From the IMG/VR virus record IMGVR_UViG_3300009183_008543, positions 72,407 to 136,406 of that record: DNA of 64,000 nucleotides. One strand, given 5' to 3'. Shown piece after piece: positions 46,968 to 55,623 of the stretch. Source of the DNA: a virus. The translations under genes were made by a program, and so were the position numbers. Under the pieces are notes generated by a model. It searched no databases. It was given only the letters and a program-made list of their open reading frames with translations, and was not told the DNA's origin. Positions within the stretch are counted from its first letter, which is position 1. Each line of letters begins with the position of its first letter.

Positions 46968-47972
46968 TTAGATTCCGTCAAGTTGCTTCAAGAAATCATC
47001 ATCAGCAAGAGATTCATCTTCGCTAATAACACTCTTTGAAACCTTCTTGGATACAAGAACTTCTTCTCTGATGACATCAGAGCCAGTTATTACAGATTCT
47101 GCAGATTTTGCAGCAGCTTGAACTGGTGATTTGCTATAAAACTCATCGAGTTCTCCAGCTGAGTCACCTTCAACAACCATACCTGTATGAACACGAAGAC
47201 CATGTTTGATTTCTTCGGAAGTCTTCAGTTTTCTCAACGCAGACAAATCGTTAAGATTGCTGAACCAATTTTCCAATTCTTCTGGTGTTCCAGCAATAGA
47301 CGCTTCCTCAAACTTTGAAAAATCATAGTTTGGATACTCTCTATTCCCACTTTTAACAACCTTCTTTACAAGCCTAAAATCACGACCAGTTGTTGGATGT
47401 GTGATATCGCCTAGTTCTTTTTCTCCAGCAGCCTCATCACCAGAAATTGCTCTCATAATCTTGCTATGAACTTGCTTGCCACAAGAATAAATCTTAGGTC
47501 CAACATTAGCTGCTGTAGCTTTATTCTTCGGATCAACCTCTGAACGCACAATTACATTGTAATAATAGCGTTCTATAGGCTTGAGTTCTCGTGCTTTGTT
47601 CTGAAGATTTTCCTGTTCTTTTCCAGAAAGACCTTCGGACTTCTGCCACAAGTCAGAATAGTACTTGCAAATAATACATTCGCCACGCCAAGCTTCTGCA
47701 CCTTTGTCGTTTGGTGAAAGCTCTCTAGGGCAATGATAGGTTTTCTTTTGATTGGTCGTAGGATTTGTCAGCGTGTGAATTCTGGTCGCACAGTAGAGTC
47801 GATGACCTTTTTTCTTTGGAAGAAATCGCATCATTACGAATCCATCCCTATCTGGCATCTTAACAAACTTTTGAAGGTACTCGTTGTCAAGACCTCCACC
47901 GTTTTCTGAGCTAACTCGTTTAGCTTCTGCTTTAATTTCGTTAATGTCTAGTGGTTCGTAGTCAATTCCCAT
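46968..47972 (-). CDS. T4 gp32-like single-stranded DNA-binding protein
   Basis: MRFLP, H...CP...CIIC Zn site, RYYYNVIVR, GPKIY, GRDFRL, YPNYDFSKF, acidic tail DDDFLKQLDGI. Confidence 0.85.
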   Translation of the reverse strand: MGIDYEPLDINEIKAEAKRVSSENGGGLDNEYLQKFVKMPDRDGFVMMRFLPKKKGHRLYCATRIHTLTNPTTNQKKTYHCPRELSPNDKGAEAWRGECIICKYYSDLWQKSEGLSGKEQENLQNKARELKPIERYYYNVIVRSEVDPKNKATAANVGPKIYSCGKQVHSKIMRAISGDEAAGEKELGDITHPTTGRDFRLVKKVVKSGNREYPNYDFSKFEEASIAGTPEELENWFSNLNDLSALRKLKTSEEIKHGLRVHTGMVVEGDSAGELDEFYSKSPVQAAAKSAESVITGSDVIREEVLVSKKVSKSVISEDESLADDDFLKQLDGI

Positions 47973-48101
47973 AGTTCGCCTCGTAGTTAAAAGTTAAGTA
48001 GTTTAGACAACGAACAACTCGTTGTCTGACTTCGTTTATTAGTATCATTATCTAGAATTCATTGCAAGATTAATTTATAAAAAAAACTATTCTTTTAAAA
48101 A

Positions 48102-48521
48102 TTAAATATTGATGGGTGAATCTGGATTCTGCAATTTCTCTTCCGACTCAACAACTTCCTTGTGCATTGCTGCGAGTTTATCTTGCAAGTTTCCATGTCC
48201 TTTGGATTCCAAATCTCCATTGAGATCATCTCTGCTTTGTCGTTCTTTTGAAAATTCTTCCTCTAATGCTTTCAATATTTGTTGATTTTTCAAAAGCTGC
48301 TCTTTGATTTTTGCGTCTCTATCTTCCATGGATTCATCTTTCTTTTTCATGTTGATAATGGGATTTTGTTTTGGCTGAACTAATTTTTCGAGCATATATT
48401 TCTTGGATTCTTCTTTACGCTCTTTGCGTACAGCCTCACGCCTTAGTAAAACTTTTACTTTAGACTTCTTTTCTCGCTCTTTACGCTTTTTTGCAATCTT
48501 TTCTTCTTTCTTCATGATCAT
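48102..48521 (-). CDS. hypothetical basic coiled-coil protein
   Basis: K/R/E-rich ORF. Confidence 0.55.
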   Translation of the reverse strand: MIMKKEEKIAKKRKEREKKSKVKVLLRREAVRKERKEESKKYMLEKLVQPKQNPIINMKKKDESMEDRDAKIKEQLLKNQQILKALEEEFSKERQSRDDLNGDLESKGHGNLQDKLAAMHKEVVESEEKLQNPDSPINI

Positions 48522-48522
48522 C

Positions 48523-49314
48523 CTACTTTCTTAGGTTAGGCACATTATCAGCAACTGCTCCGCCCCAATAAAGGTTGCCATGTTCCCTTTGTTTTTGGGT
48601 TTCAGAAAAATTCAACTCACTATCCGCCAAAAGATTCACATTGCCGGGAACAAAAAACTTATCGCTTATTTTTATTTCCCGATTAGTGTCATCAATAATT
48701 GTAAGTATCTCGCCATGTATAGAACCAGTCTTTCCATAAACTGCATACTTTTTATCCACCGTAAGTCTATATCCCTTGTTCCTTACTTCGGTAATCATTT
48801 GTGGTTCTGGGAAAAACACCACATTGTCTACAATTCTTTTTCCTGACTGCCCACTTGCAGTTAATTCTTTTTTTGAATTTGCCAATTGTTCGTGGGGATA
48901 AAGAGTATTCTGCCCCTGCAATGGAACTACTGCGGTGCTTTTCTCTGGCTCTACTTCTTGTGTTATAAAATTTCCAGAAGTCTGATCAAATAAGAATTTT
49001 TTGTTCTTTATGACCACACCATTATCAGCTTCTCTAAAAGTAATTTTCTTTTTAGCGAGTTCAAATATTTCAACGCCAATAACAAAAATATCTCTTCTTG
49101 CCAATTGACCCATGACACTACTCGCCAATGTTTCTAGAGAAACATCTTCAAATGGATCTCCGACCTTTTTCTTTAAGGTTTTTGTTTCTTCTTTGTTGTA
49201 ATTCCCATCCTGTTTTTCATGATAGGAATAAATAATTTCGTAGCCCACACGCACCCCCAGTGAACTAAATAAGTAACTACTTAAACAAAATACCAGTTCC
49301 ATATCTTGTTTCAA
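48523..49314 (-). CDS. hypothetical protein
   Basis: Long ORF; real start probably the downstream GTG (VGYEIIY). Confidence 0.55.
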   Translation of the reverse strand: MKQDMELVFCLSSYLFSSLGVRVGYEIIYSYHEKQDGNYNKEETKTLKKKVGDPFEDVSLETLASSVMGQLARRDIFVIGVEIFELAKKKITFREADNGVVIKNKKFLFDQTSGNFITQEVEPEKSTAVVPLQGQNTLYPHEQLANSKKELTASGQSGKRIVDNVVFFPEPQMITEVRNKGYRLTVDKKYAVYGKTGSIHGEILTIIDDTNREIKISDKFFVPGNVNLLADSELNFSETQKQREHGNLYWGGAVADNVPNLRK

Positions 49315-49903
49315 AAAAATTTGGCTTTACACCAACACTATCAGCAAAAGCCAAATACGCTTGTTTCACAGGTTTTAGATCCAAAGCATTGTCAATAATA
49401 ATACAGCCATCATCTGATAAATATTCCCATGATACTTCAAGCATATAGAGAATATAATCATAATTTTTTTCTTCATTTATAAAAATTGCATCCCATTTTC
49501 TCTTCCCGATTCTATCGTGAAAATCATCATTTTTCATATCGCCTGTGAAAAAATCAAAATCTTTTTTGTAAGATTTTCTAATATTGTAAAAGCCCATACG
49601 ATTAGAAAAGTAAACATTTTTATCAGTTTGATGGAAAGCAAGAAAATACTCTGTTTCTAAACAAGACATAAAAAAACACTTCTCTAATAATCCTAAATTG
49701 AAACTCAAAGATAATACACTCTTTGGCTTTATAAATTTACCTAAATGGTAATAAAAAGGAACATAAAGCGGGTCGCTATATGAAGGACTTCTTCTAGAAT
49801 TTTCATCAATTAATTTGCAATCTTGAAGGAGTATCTTGCCGTTTACAAGTTTCTTTCTCAATAACTCTTTAATTTCTTTTTGAATGATATCAAAATTAGG
49901 CAT
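49277..49903 (-). CDS. class I SAM-methyltransferase-like protein (divergent)
   Basis: IKPKSVL, WDAIFIN, YLSDDGCIIIDN. Confidence 0.5.
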   Translation of the reverse strand: MPNFDIIQKEIKELLRKKLVNGKILLQDCKLIDENSRRSPSYSDPLYVPFYYHLGKFIKPKSVLSLSFNLGLLEKCFFMSCLETEYFLAFHQTDKNVYFSNRMGFYNIRKSYKKDFDFFTGDMKNDDFHDRIGKRKWDAIFINEEKNYDYILYMLEVSWEYLSDDGCIIIDNALDLKPVKQAYLAFADSVGVKPNFFETRYGTGILFK

Positions 49904-49934
49904 ATAATATTATAGCTTTAACTACGGATATATT

Positions 49935-51047
49935 ATGTACGACTTTATTATTGTTGGATCAGGATTTTTTGGATCAACATTTGCAAGGCGAGTTACCGAC
50001 CTTGGAAAAAAATGTTTAGTTCTAGATAAAAAGCCACACATTGCAGGGGCAGCACACGATATGCCTCAAGATGATTACTATGTTTCATCTTATGGCGCAC
50101 ATGTATTTCACACACACAGCGAAGAGGTTTGGGAATTTGCCAATAACTTTTCTGAATTTATTCCATTTATAAATAGACCAAAAGTTCTATCGAATGAAAA
50201 AATATATTCATTTCCAATAAATTTGATGACACTTCAACAACTTTGGGGAATAAAAACTCCAGCTGAAGCAAAAAAAATATTAGAAGAAAAAAAAATTCCA
50301 TGCGAAAATCCAAGTAATTTTGAAGAATGGGCATTATCCATGGTTGGAGAAGAAATATATAAAAAATTCTTCTATGGATATACAAAAAAACAATATATGC
50401 GAGAACCAAAAGAACTTCCAACATCAATAATTCAAAGACTTCCTATTCGACTTACATATGACGAAAATTATTTTACTACGAAATTTCAAGGGATTCCAAA
50501 AAATGGATATACAAATCTAATTTATAATATGCTTGATGGTATTGATGTTGAGGTTGGTGTAGATTTTATAAAACAAAAAGACAAACTAATGCGTCTCGCA
50601 AAACAGATTGTCTATACAGGTCGAATAGATGAATTTTTTGATTTTGAATTTGGGAAACTTGAATACAACACCATGAAATTTGAGAAAAAAGAATTTATTG
50701 GAGATCAACAAGGAAATGCAGTTATAAATCATGTTGATGAATCGGTTCGATATCTTCGAAGCATAGAGCATCGTCATTTCTACAAACACGGAGAGTCTAT
50801 CAAACATTATGCTGGTAAAAAAGAAGATTTCACTAGCGTAATAACCTACGACATTCCAGCAACATATGAAGAAAATCCAGACCCATTATACCCAATTAGA
50901 AATAAAATAAATTCTGAAATTTATCAAAAATATTCATCAATCAAACCAAGTAATGTAACATTTGGCGGAAGATTGGGAGAATATAAATATTTGGACATGG
51001 ATCAAAGTATGGCTTCTGCTCTTCAAAAGGCTAAATCCTTTGAATGA
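49935..51047 (+). CDS. glf: UDP-galactopyranose mutase
   Basis: IIVGSGFFG, YGAHVFHT, FYGYTKKQY, QGIPKNGYT, YTGRIDEFF, GGRLGEYKYLDMD. Confidence 0.95.
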   Translation: MYDFIIVGSGFFGSTFARRVTDLGKKCLVLDKKPHIAGAAHDMPQDDYYVSSYGAHVFHTHSEEVWEFANNFSEFIPFINRPKVLSNEKIYSFPINLMTLQQLWGIKTPAEAKKILEEKKIPCENPSNFEEWALSMVGEEIYKKFFYGYTKKQYMREPKELPTSIIQRLPIRLTYDENYFTTKFQGIPKNGYTNLIYNMLDGIDVEVGVDFIKQKDKLMRLAKQIVYTGRIDEFFDFEFGKLEYNTMKFEKKEFIGDQQGNAVINHVDESVRYLRSIEHRHFYKHGESIKHYAGKKEDFTSVITYDIPATYEENPDPLYPIRNKINSEIYQKYSSIKPSNVTFGGRLGEYKYLDMDQSMASALQKAKSFE

Positions 51048-51049
51048 AA

Positions 51050-51502
51050 TTATTCATGATCATATAGACACAACTCAACACCAGCCTCTTTGAACATTGT
51101 TCTGGAAATGTCACAGGAATCTTTCCATCTTTTTGCCAATTCTTCTGATAAGTTTGGTGCTATGCATCTTTTAATTCCACTTTGAATGATTAGAGAGGCA
51201 CAACCAGAACATGGCATGAATGGATATGTAACTATAGAACATCCATTCAAATTCCTTTGGGCAAATAAAATAGCATTAGCCTCTGCGTGGACTACCATTT
51301 TATACTTTATATCTCGATCATCATATCTTTGAGGATCATCACAAACACCTTTTGGAAATCCATTGTAACCTATAGAGACTATTCTTTTGTCGGAATCAAA
51401 AATAACAGCACCAACTTTGGTTGATGGATCTTTGCTCCAAAGAGAAATGTGTTTAGCTAAATCTAAAAATCTAATATCCCAAATCATTAAATTCCTTCGC
51501 AA
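51050..51502 (-). CDS. dCMP deaminase
   Basis: SKDPSTKVGAVI, GYNGFP, HAEANAI, PCSGC. Confidence 0.93.
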   Translation of the reverse strand: MRRNLMIWDIRFLDLAKHISLWSKDPSTKVGAVIFDSDKRIVSIGYNGFPKGVCDDPQRYDDRDIKYKMVVHAEANAILFAQRNLNGCSIVTYPFMPCSGCASLIIQSGIKRCIAPNLSEELAKRWKDSCDISRTMFKEAGVELCLYDHE

Positions 51503-52029
51503 TCTTCAGCATCATAAGCCATTAAATTACTTGCAAATTCGTCTTGTGGCTGGCAATAATTCGTCTTATACAAAAAATGATACGCATCAAAGATTCCCTC
51601 GTCATCTCTAAAAAAATCTTTTTCTATAGATACAGCTTTAAATCCCATGCTCTTGAAAAAAAGATGGGCATGAAATCTTTCTTCAGAAATATAGGAATTT
51701 ATATAATTTCGTTTATCTTTTTCTTCTGGATTGCAAGATTCTGATCCTAGTTTGTCAATCAATTGATCTACCATCGCTCTGGCATAACCACGCCTACGAT
51801 AATTTGGATTTATTGCTATATTGATAATATAAAATCCTTTAGGCATCAGTTCGTACAAAATAAAGCCAACTATATTATTATCAACTATAATTACCTTTCC
51901 AATGTTGCCCCTATTTTTCAAACAATCCAAGAAATCTTTATGACACCAAGGTTGAGAAAAAGAATCTTTTTCAATTTTTACAACCAAATCAATATCATCT
52001 TTTATCATCCAACGAATATTATATTTCAT
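51487..52029 (-). CDS. rimI: RimI-like GNAT N-acetyltransferase
   Basis: IRWM, IEKDSFSQPW, VGFILYEL, NIAINPNYRRRGYA, FFKSMGF, DAY. Confidence 0.75.
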   Translation of the reverse strand: MKYNIRWMIKDDIDLVVKIEKDSFSQPWCHKDFLDCLKNRGNIGKVIIVDNNIVGFILYELMPKGFYIINIAINPNYRRRGYARAMVDQLIDKLGSESCNPEEKDKRNYINSYISEERFHAHLFFKSMGFKAVSIEKDFFRDDEGIFDAYHFLYKTNYCQPQDEFASNLMAYDAEDCEGI

Positions 52030-52035
52030 CTACAT

Positions 52036-52527
52036 TCACCGTTTTAAAATGTCTTCAGCATTGCACAATCCATCACTTCCATCTCTCCCTTCGTATATGT
52101 CCTTATTTAATTTGTCCAACTCCTTACGCAAAGTATGTCCACGATTTTGTGCATTGTCATGATTTTTATCCCAAGCTTTTAAATACATTTTCAAAAATCC
52201 AACCGCAGATTTTCTTTCTATGACTTTTCCGAACAACTCAACACATTCCTGATTGCATTGAGATTTAGCCTTGCAATAAGTGTCAGAGCCTCCTTGGTCT
52301 TTATTCGAAATGTATATTTCGTTATATTTAGTCTCATAGGCAAGTTCAGCTAGTGATAGCTCTTTGTTTGCCATTTCAAGTTGTTTTCCGTAATAATCAA
52401 TCCAAGCATATTCCTTATCCATATATTCGCTCAATGTAAATTCATTGAATTTCATATTATCTGGATCAAGAATTATTTCTTTATTATTTACAATTACCTT
52501 AATCTTTTCGCTCGGTATTTCTGACAT
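52036..52527 (-). CDS. UvsY-like recombination mediator (putative)
   Basis: Helical coiled-coil of suitable size next to the helicase; motif support weak. Confidence 0.45.
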   Translation of the reverse strand: MSEIPSEKIKVIVNNKEIILDPDNMKFNEFTLSEYMDKEYAWIDYYGKQLEMANKELSLAELAYETKYNEIYISNKDQGGSDTYCKAKSQCNQECVELFGKVIERKSAVGFLKMYLKAWDKNHDNAQNRGHTLRKELDKLNKDIYEGRDGSDGLCNAEDILKR

Positions 52528-52529
52528 GT

Positions 52530-54056
52530 TTATTCCTCTGCATCTATGACGCTATTTTTGGGTGATGTAACTTTCTTCTTCTTCTTATCAACAGAGTAAG
52601 TATCAAAAGCAATATCTTCGCTTCGTTGCATTTGAACCCTAGTGAGCCTTTCCTTGTAAGTTTCCACACTGATCTCGTAAATGTCCAAAGTTCCCATTGA
52701 AAAATCAAAAGCCATCTTGAATGGGAATCTTGATTTTCCATTTCTATGTTTTATAACAAATCCACGACCAACCTCTGCATCTTTTTCAATCGTTTGTTGA
52801 TTGATCGACCAAAATCCATCCAAAGGTTTGAACTGGTCGAATGATGTTCCAATATTTGATTCATCAATATATTGCGATATTTCTAACTTTGCGGCAGTTT
52901 GATTTGGTTGCACACAAGTTAATGTGCAATGTTGTTTCTCGACACCAAATCCACGCAAATCTCTCAATATTCTATAAGCAGATTCATACTTTTTTACAGT
53001 TGGATCATCTTTCATTTCACCAACATAATCTATAATAACCAATGCTGGTTTCCATCCCATTGCCTCTAATCGTGAACAATATCCACGAATGCCATTCACA
53101 TCTATAGAACCACCCGGAAATTGCTTTAATATAAAAAGATTTTGATCATCTTTGTCTTTTCCAAATTCAGCAATAGTCTTCTTTATCTGTTCTTTTGATT
53201 CTCTTAAAAGATTAATATCTATCTTTGCAAATTGACTTGTAAATCTCTGAGCAATCCCAACTTCATCCATTTCTAATGTTATGTACAAAACTTTATGACC
53301 AAGAAGAACATTTGCAACAGCAGCCTTTACTAGTGCCAAACTTTTTCCAGTTCCCGGCAAACCAATCCAAGCTGCAATCTGTCCGGGAAATAAACCACCA
53401 TTCGTCAAGGCATCATCGATGGAAGGAAAACCACTAGTGAATCTTTCCTTGCCTTGAAATTGATCTTCCATTCTTCTGAACATCTCTTCGATATTCAAAA
53501 AATACTCTAATCCCGGTTCGTAGTCCGTATCCACACTCATAGACTCACGCATTTTTTCATAAACATAAGACCATGTTTTTTCGTCTTCTGGTGCTTCCGA
53601 CATCTTTTGCAAACATTCATGAAATGCTACTTTAATTGCTTGCACCCTTGCAAAATATGTAACTCTTTCCAAAAGATATTCACGAGTATCAATGCCGGGA
53701 ACATAGTAGTCATATAAGGCTTCAAGTTCAGAAATATAATACAATTGAACTGAATTATCTTTTTCTTTAAGGTGATTTAAAAGCTCTTGCTTCAAAACAG
53801 CCATGTGAGGAGAAATTCTTTTTTCTTGAAAATAATTGAATAATATTTTTGTAATAGTGACATGAACTTCATTGCTGAAATAATGGGGCTTTAATTTGTC
53901 TATGCTTTGAATGAGCATAGTCTGATCCATCAACAACATTCCAAGAATTCTTCTTTGAAATGTATCATCCCATGCAAAATTTGTTTTTATACTATCTGGA
54001 TCAGAGAAAGAATCGAATTTGGATTGTTCTTCTGGTGTCAACTCTCGCATGTACAT
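52530..54056 (-). CDS. dnaB: replicative DNA helicase (DnaB / T4 gp41-like)
   Basis: SGFPSID, GLPGTGKS, YITLEM, IIDYV, VQPNQ, KHRNG. Confidence 0.9.
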   Translation of the reverse strand: MYMRELTPEEQSKFDSFSDPDSIKTNFAWDDTFQRRILGMLLMDQTMLIQSIDKLKPHYFSNEVHVTITKILFNYFQEKRISPHMAVLKQELLNHLKEKDNSVQLYYISELEALYDYYVPGIDTREYLLERVTYFARVQAIKVAFHECLQKMSEAPEDEKTWSYVYEKMRESMSVDTDYEPGLEYFLNIEEMFRRMEDQFQGKERFTSGFPSIDDALTNGGLFPGQIAAWIGLPGTGKSLALVKAAVANVLLGHKVLYITLEMDEVGIAQRFTSQFAKIDINLLRESKEQIKKTIAEFGKDKDDQNLFILKQFPGGSIDVNGIRGYCSRLEAMGWKPALVIIDYVGEMKDDPTVKKYESAYRILRDLRGFGVEKQHCTLTCVQPNQTAAKLEISQYIDESNIGTSFDQFKPLDGFWSINQQTIEKDAEVGRGFVIKHRNGKSRFPFKMAFDFSMGTLDIYEISVETYKERLTRVQMQRSEDIAFDTYSVDKKKKKVTSPKNSVIDAEE

Positions 54057-54098
54057 CTCCGTTTTTATTTGATTCCAGAGATTACCAAATTTTACAAT

Positions 54099-54947
54099 TT
54101 AAGTAAAGGTGCTTTTTGGTTTTAAAAGCGATAGTTTCATCTTCTTTTGCGGAGAAGATGTTCCTTCAATCAAATCCTTGAATCTAAAATAACCATCCAT
54201 CCAATTTTGCGTCAAAGTGTGATAAATCAGACAATCTCCATAATAATTGTTTGTCTGCACATCTTGCTTTGTAAAATATTTGTATTTTAAATTTTTATCA
54301 AGCACGAAAATCGAACAAGCAAGTTCTTCCCTTCCTTGTGGCGGTTCATTCTTATCAGAAGTAACTTGGTGCAACCAATCACCCAATTCATGCGTTCTAT
54401 CTTTGAGTGCAAGGCATAAATCAAAAACCTTTGTTGCATATTCTTTCAACAAACCTTTATTCCACAAAACCACACCACTATTGAATGGTCGCATAGTCGT
54501 AGATTTATAGGTCATAGAATATCTTTCACCAAAACAATTCTTATCAGCAACAAAATCATACTCATCAAGCAAATTGAAAAGATGTGATATATCACCAAAG
54601 ATAAAAGTGTCGGCATCCAACAACAATGTTTTTTCTTCAGATGCATTAACTAAAAACTTTCGTTGTGCGGAACAATAACCTTTCTCCTGACCCATCTGAA
54701 TGTCGTCTATTACTTTAACATTTACATTCAAACGATTACACAACTCCATAAATTCATTTGTGGTGATCTGTGGGATTTTAGCGGCACATTGAAGCAGTCC
54801 GCCAACATTACGATTATTTTCGTTATTATCTTTGATGTAAAAAACATCGACTGGAATAGAAGGATTATGCTTACGCAAGGTTATTAGGCTGCACCTTGCC
54901 ATAGAAAGATAAAACCAGAATTCATTTACAATATAAACTATTCGCAT
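54099..54947 (-). CDS. glycosyltransferase family 8-like / nucleotide-diphospho-sugar transferase
   Basis: SLITLRKHNP, LLLDADT, FNSGVV. Confidence 0.7.
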   Translation of the reverse strand: MRIVYIVNEFWFYLSMARCSLITLRKHNPSIPVDVFYIKDNNENNRNVGGLLQCAAKIPQITTNEFMELCNRLNVNVKVIDDIQMGQEKGYCSAQRKFLVNASEEKTLLLDADTFIFGDISHLFNLLDEYDFVADKNCFGERYSMTYKSTTMRPFNSGVVLWNKGLLKEYATKVFDLCLALKDRTHELGDWLHQVTSDKNEPPQGREELACSIFVLDKNLKYKYFTKQDVQTNNYYGDCLIYHTLTQNWMDGYFRFKDLIEGTSSPQKKMKLSLLKPKSTFT

Positions 54948-54960
54948 GTTTTTATATTAT

Positions 54961-55032
54961 GGAGTGGGGGGTTACAAAACTGGGCTTTGGAATTATTATA
55001 TATATTATCCCGGCAACCTAATACCCCACTCC
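54961..55032. other. GC-closed stem-loop with TATATATA in the loop region
   Basis: ggagtgggg/ccccactcc 9-bp stem plus inner ggttgc/gtaacc pairing (minus strand). Confidence 0.55.
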
Positions 55033-55047
55033 GTTGATTTATAATAG

Positions 55048-55623
55048 CTATTCGCCATTTAAATAATCATATTCAGAAAGAGAAACCTGACCCGATCTTA
55101 TTGATTTCTCTCTTGTTATTTTTTTGCCCATACTTTTTTGCCCATTCCAAACAATTGCTTTGCAGTATGTGGAAAATTTTGTGTCTATTTTCAATCGTTC
55201 ATTTCTATCTGGTCTAACTTTCTTTGGAACTACAGACTTCACAATCAAATCAAGCATGCGTTCCTGCTTGTATCCAAACTTCTGTCTGTTCGCACCATGC
55301 CTAGTTCTATTGCTCCACAAATCTTGAAGCTTAACTATTATCTTCTTCATGAAGCCATCAATATTGTGCTGATCTACAGAAGCCAAACACTTCTCAATAT
55401 ATATCTGTCTTTTATAATAAGATCCAGCACGAATGATTGACAATTGCAATTCTTGATTTATATCTTCAAAATCATCAGTGTAATTATTTTTTGAGTTTTT
55501 CTTTTGCAATTGATGTGCTGCGTAATAACAAAGCTTTCCAAAGCACTTAGTGAGATGATCATATTCCAATTGAGTTATCGGAAACGATTGGCAAATGTTT
55601 TTCGGATTCTTTTGATTTTTCAT
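55048..55623 (-). CDS. sigma-70 region 2-like protein (putative phage sigma factor)
   Basis: DFEDINQELQLSIIRA ... KFSTYCKAIVWN ... VSLSE resembles sigma region 2 with an internal insertion; no region 4. Confidence 0.4.
   Translation of the reverse strand: MKNQKNPKNICQSFPITQLEYDHLTKCFGKLCYYAAHQLQKKNSKNNYTDDFEDINQELQLSIIRAGSYYKRQIYIEKCLASVDQHNIDGFMKKIIVKLQDLWSNRTRHGANRQKFGYKQERMLDLIVKSVVPKKVRPDRNERLKIDTKFSTYCKAIVWNGQKSMGKKITREKSIRSGQVSLSEYDYLNGE

Noticed and set aside
54960-55032. tRNA gene
   Set aside because: It has an acceptor-like stem and tRNA-like length but no T-loop (TTCRA), D-arm or 7-nt anticodon loop.
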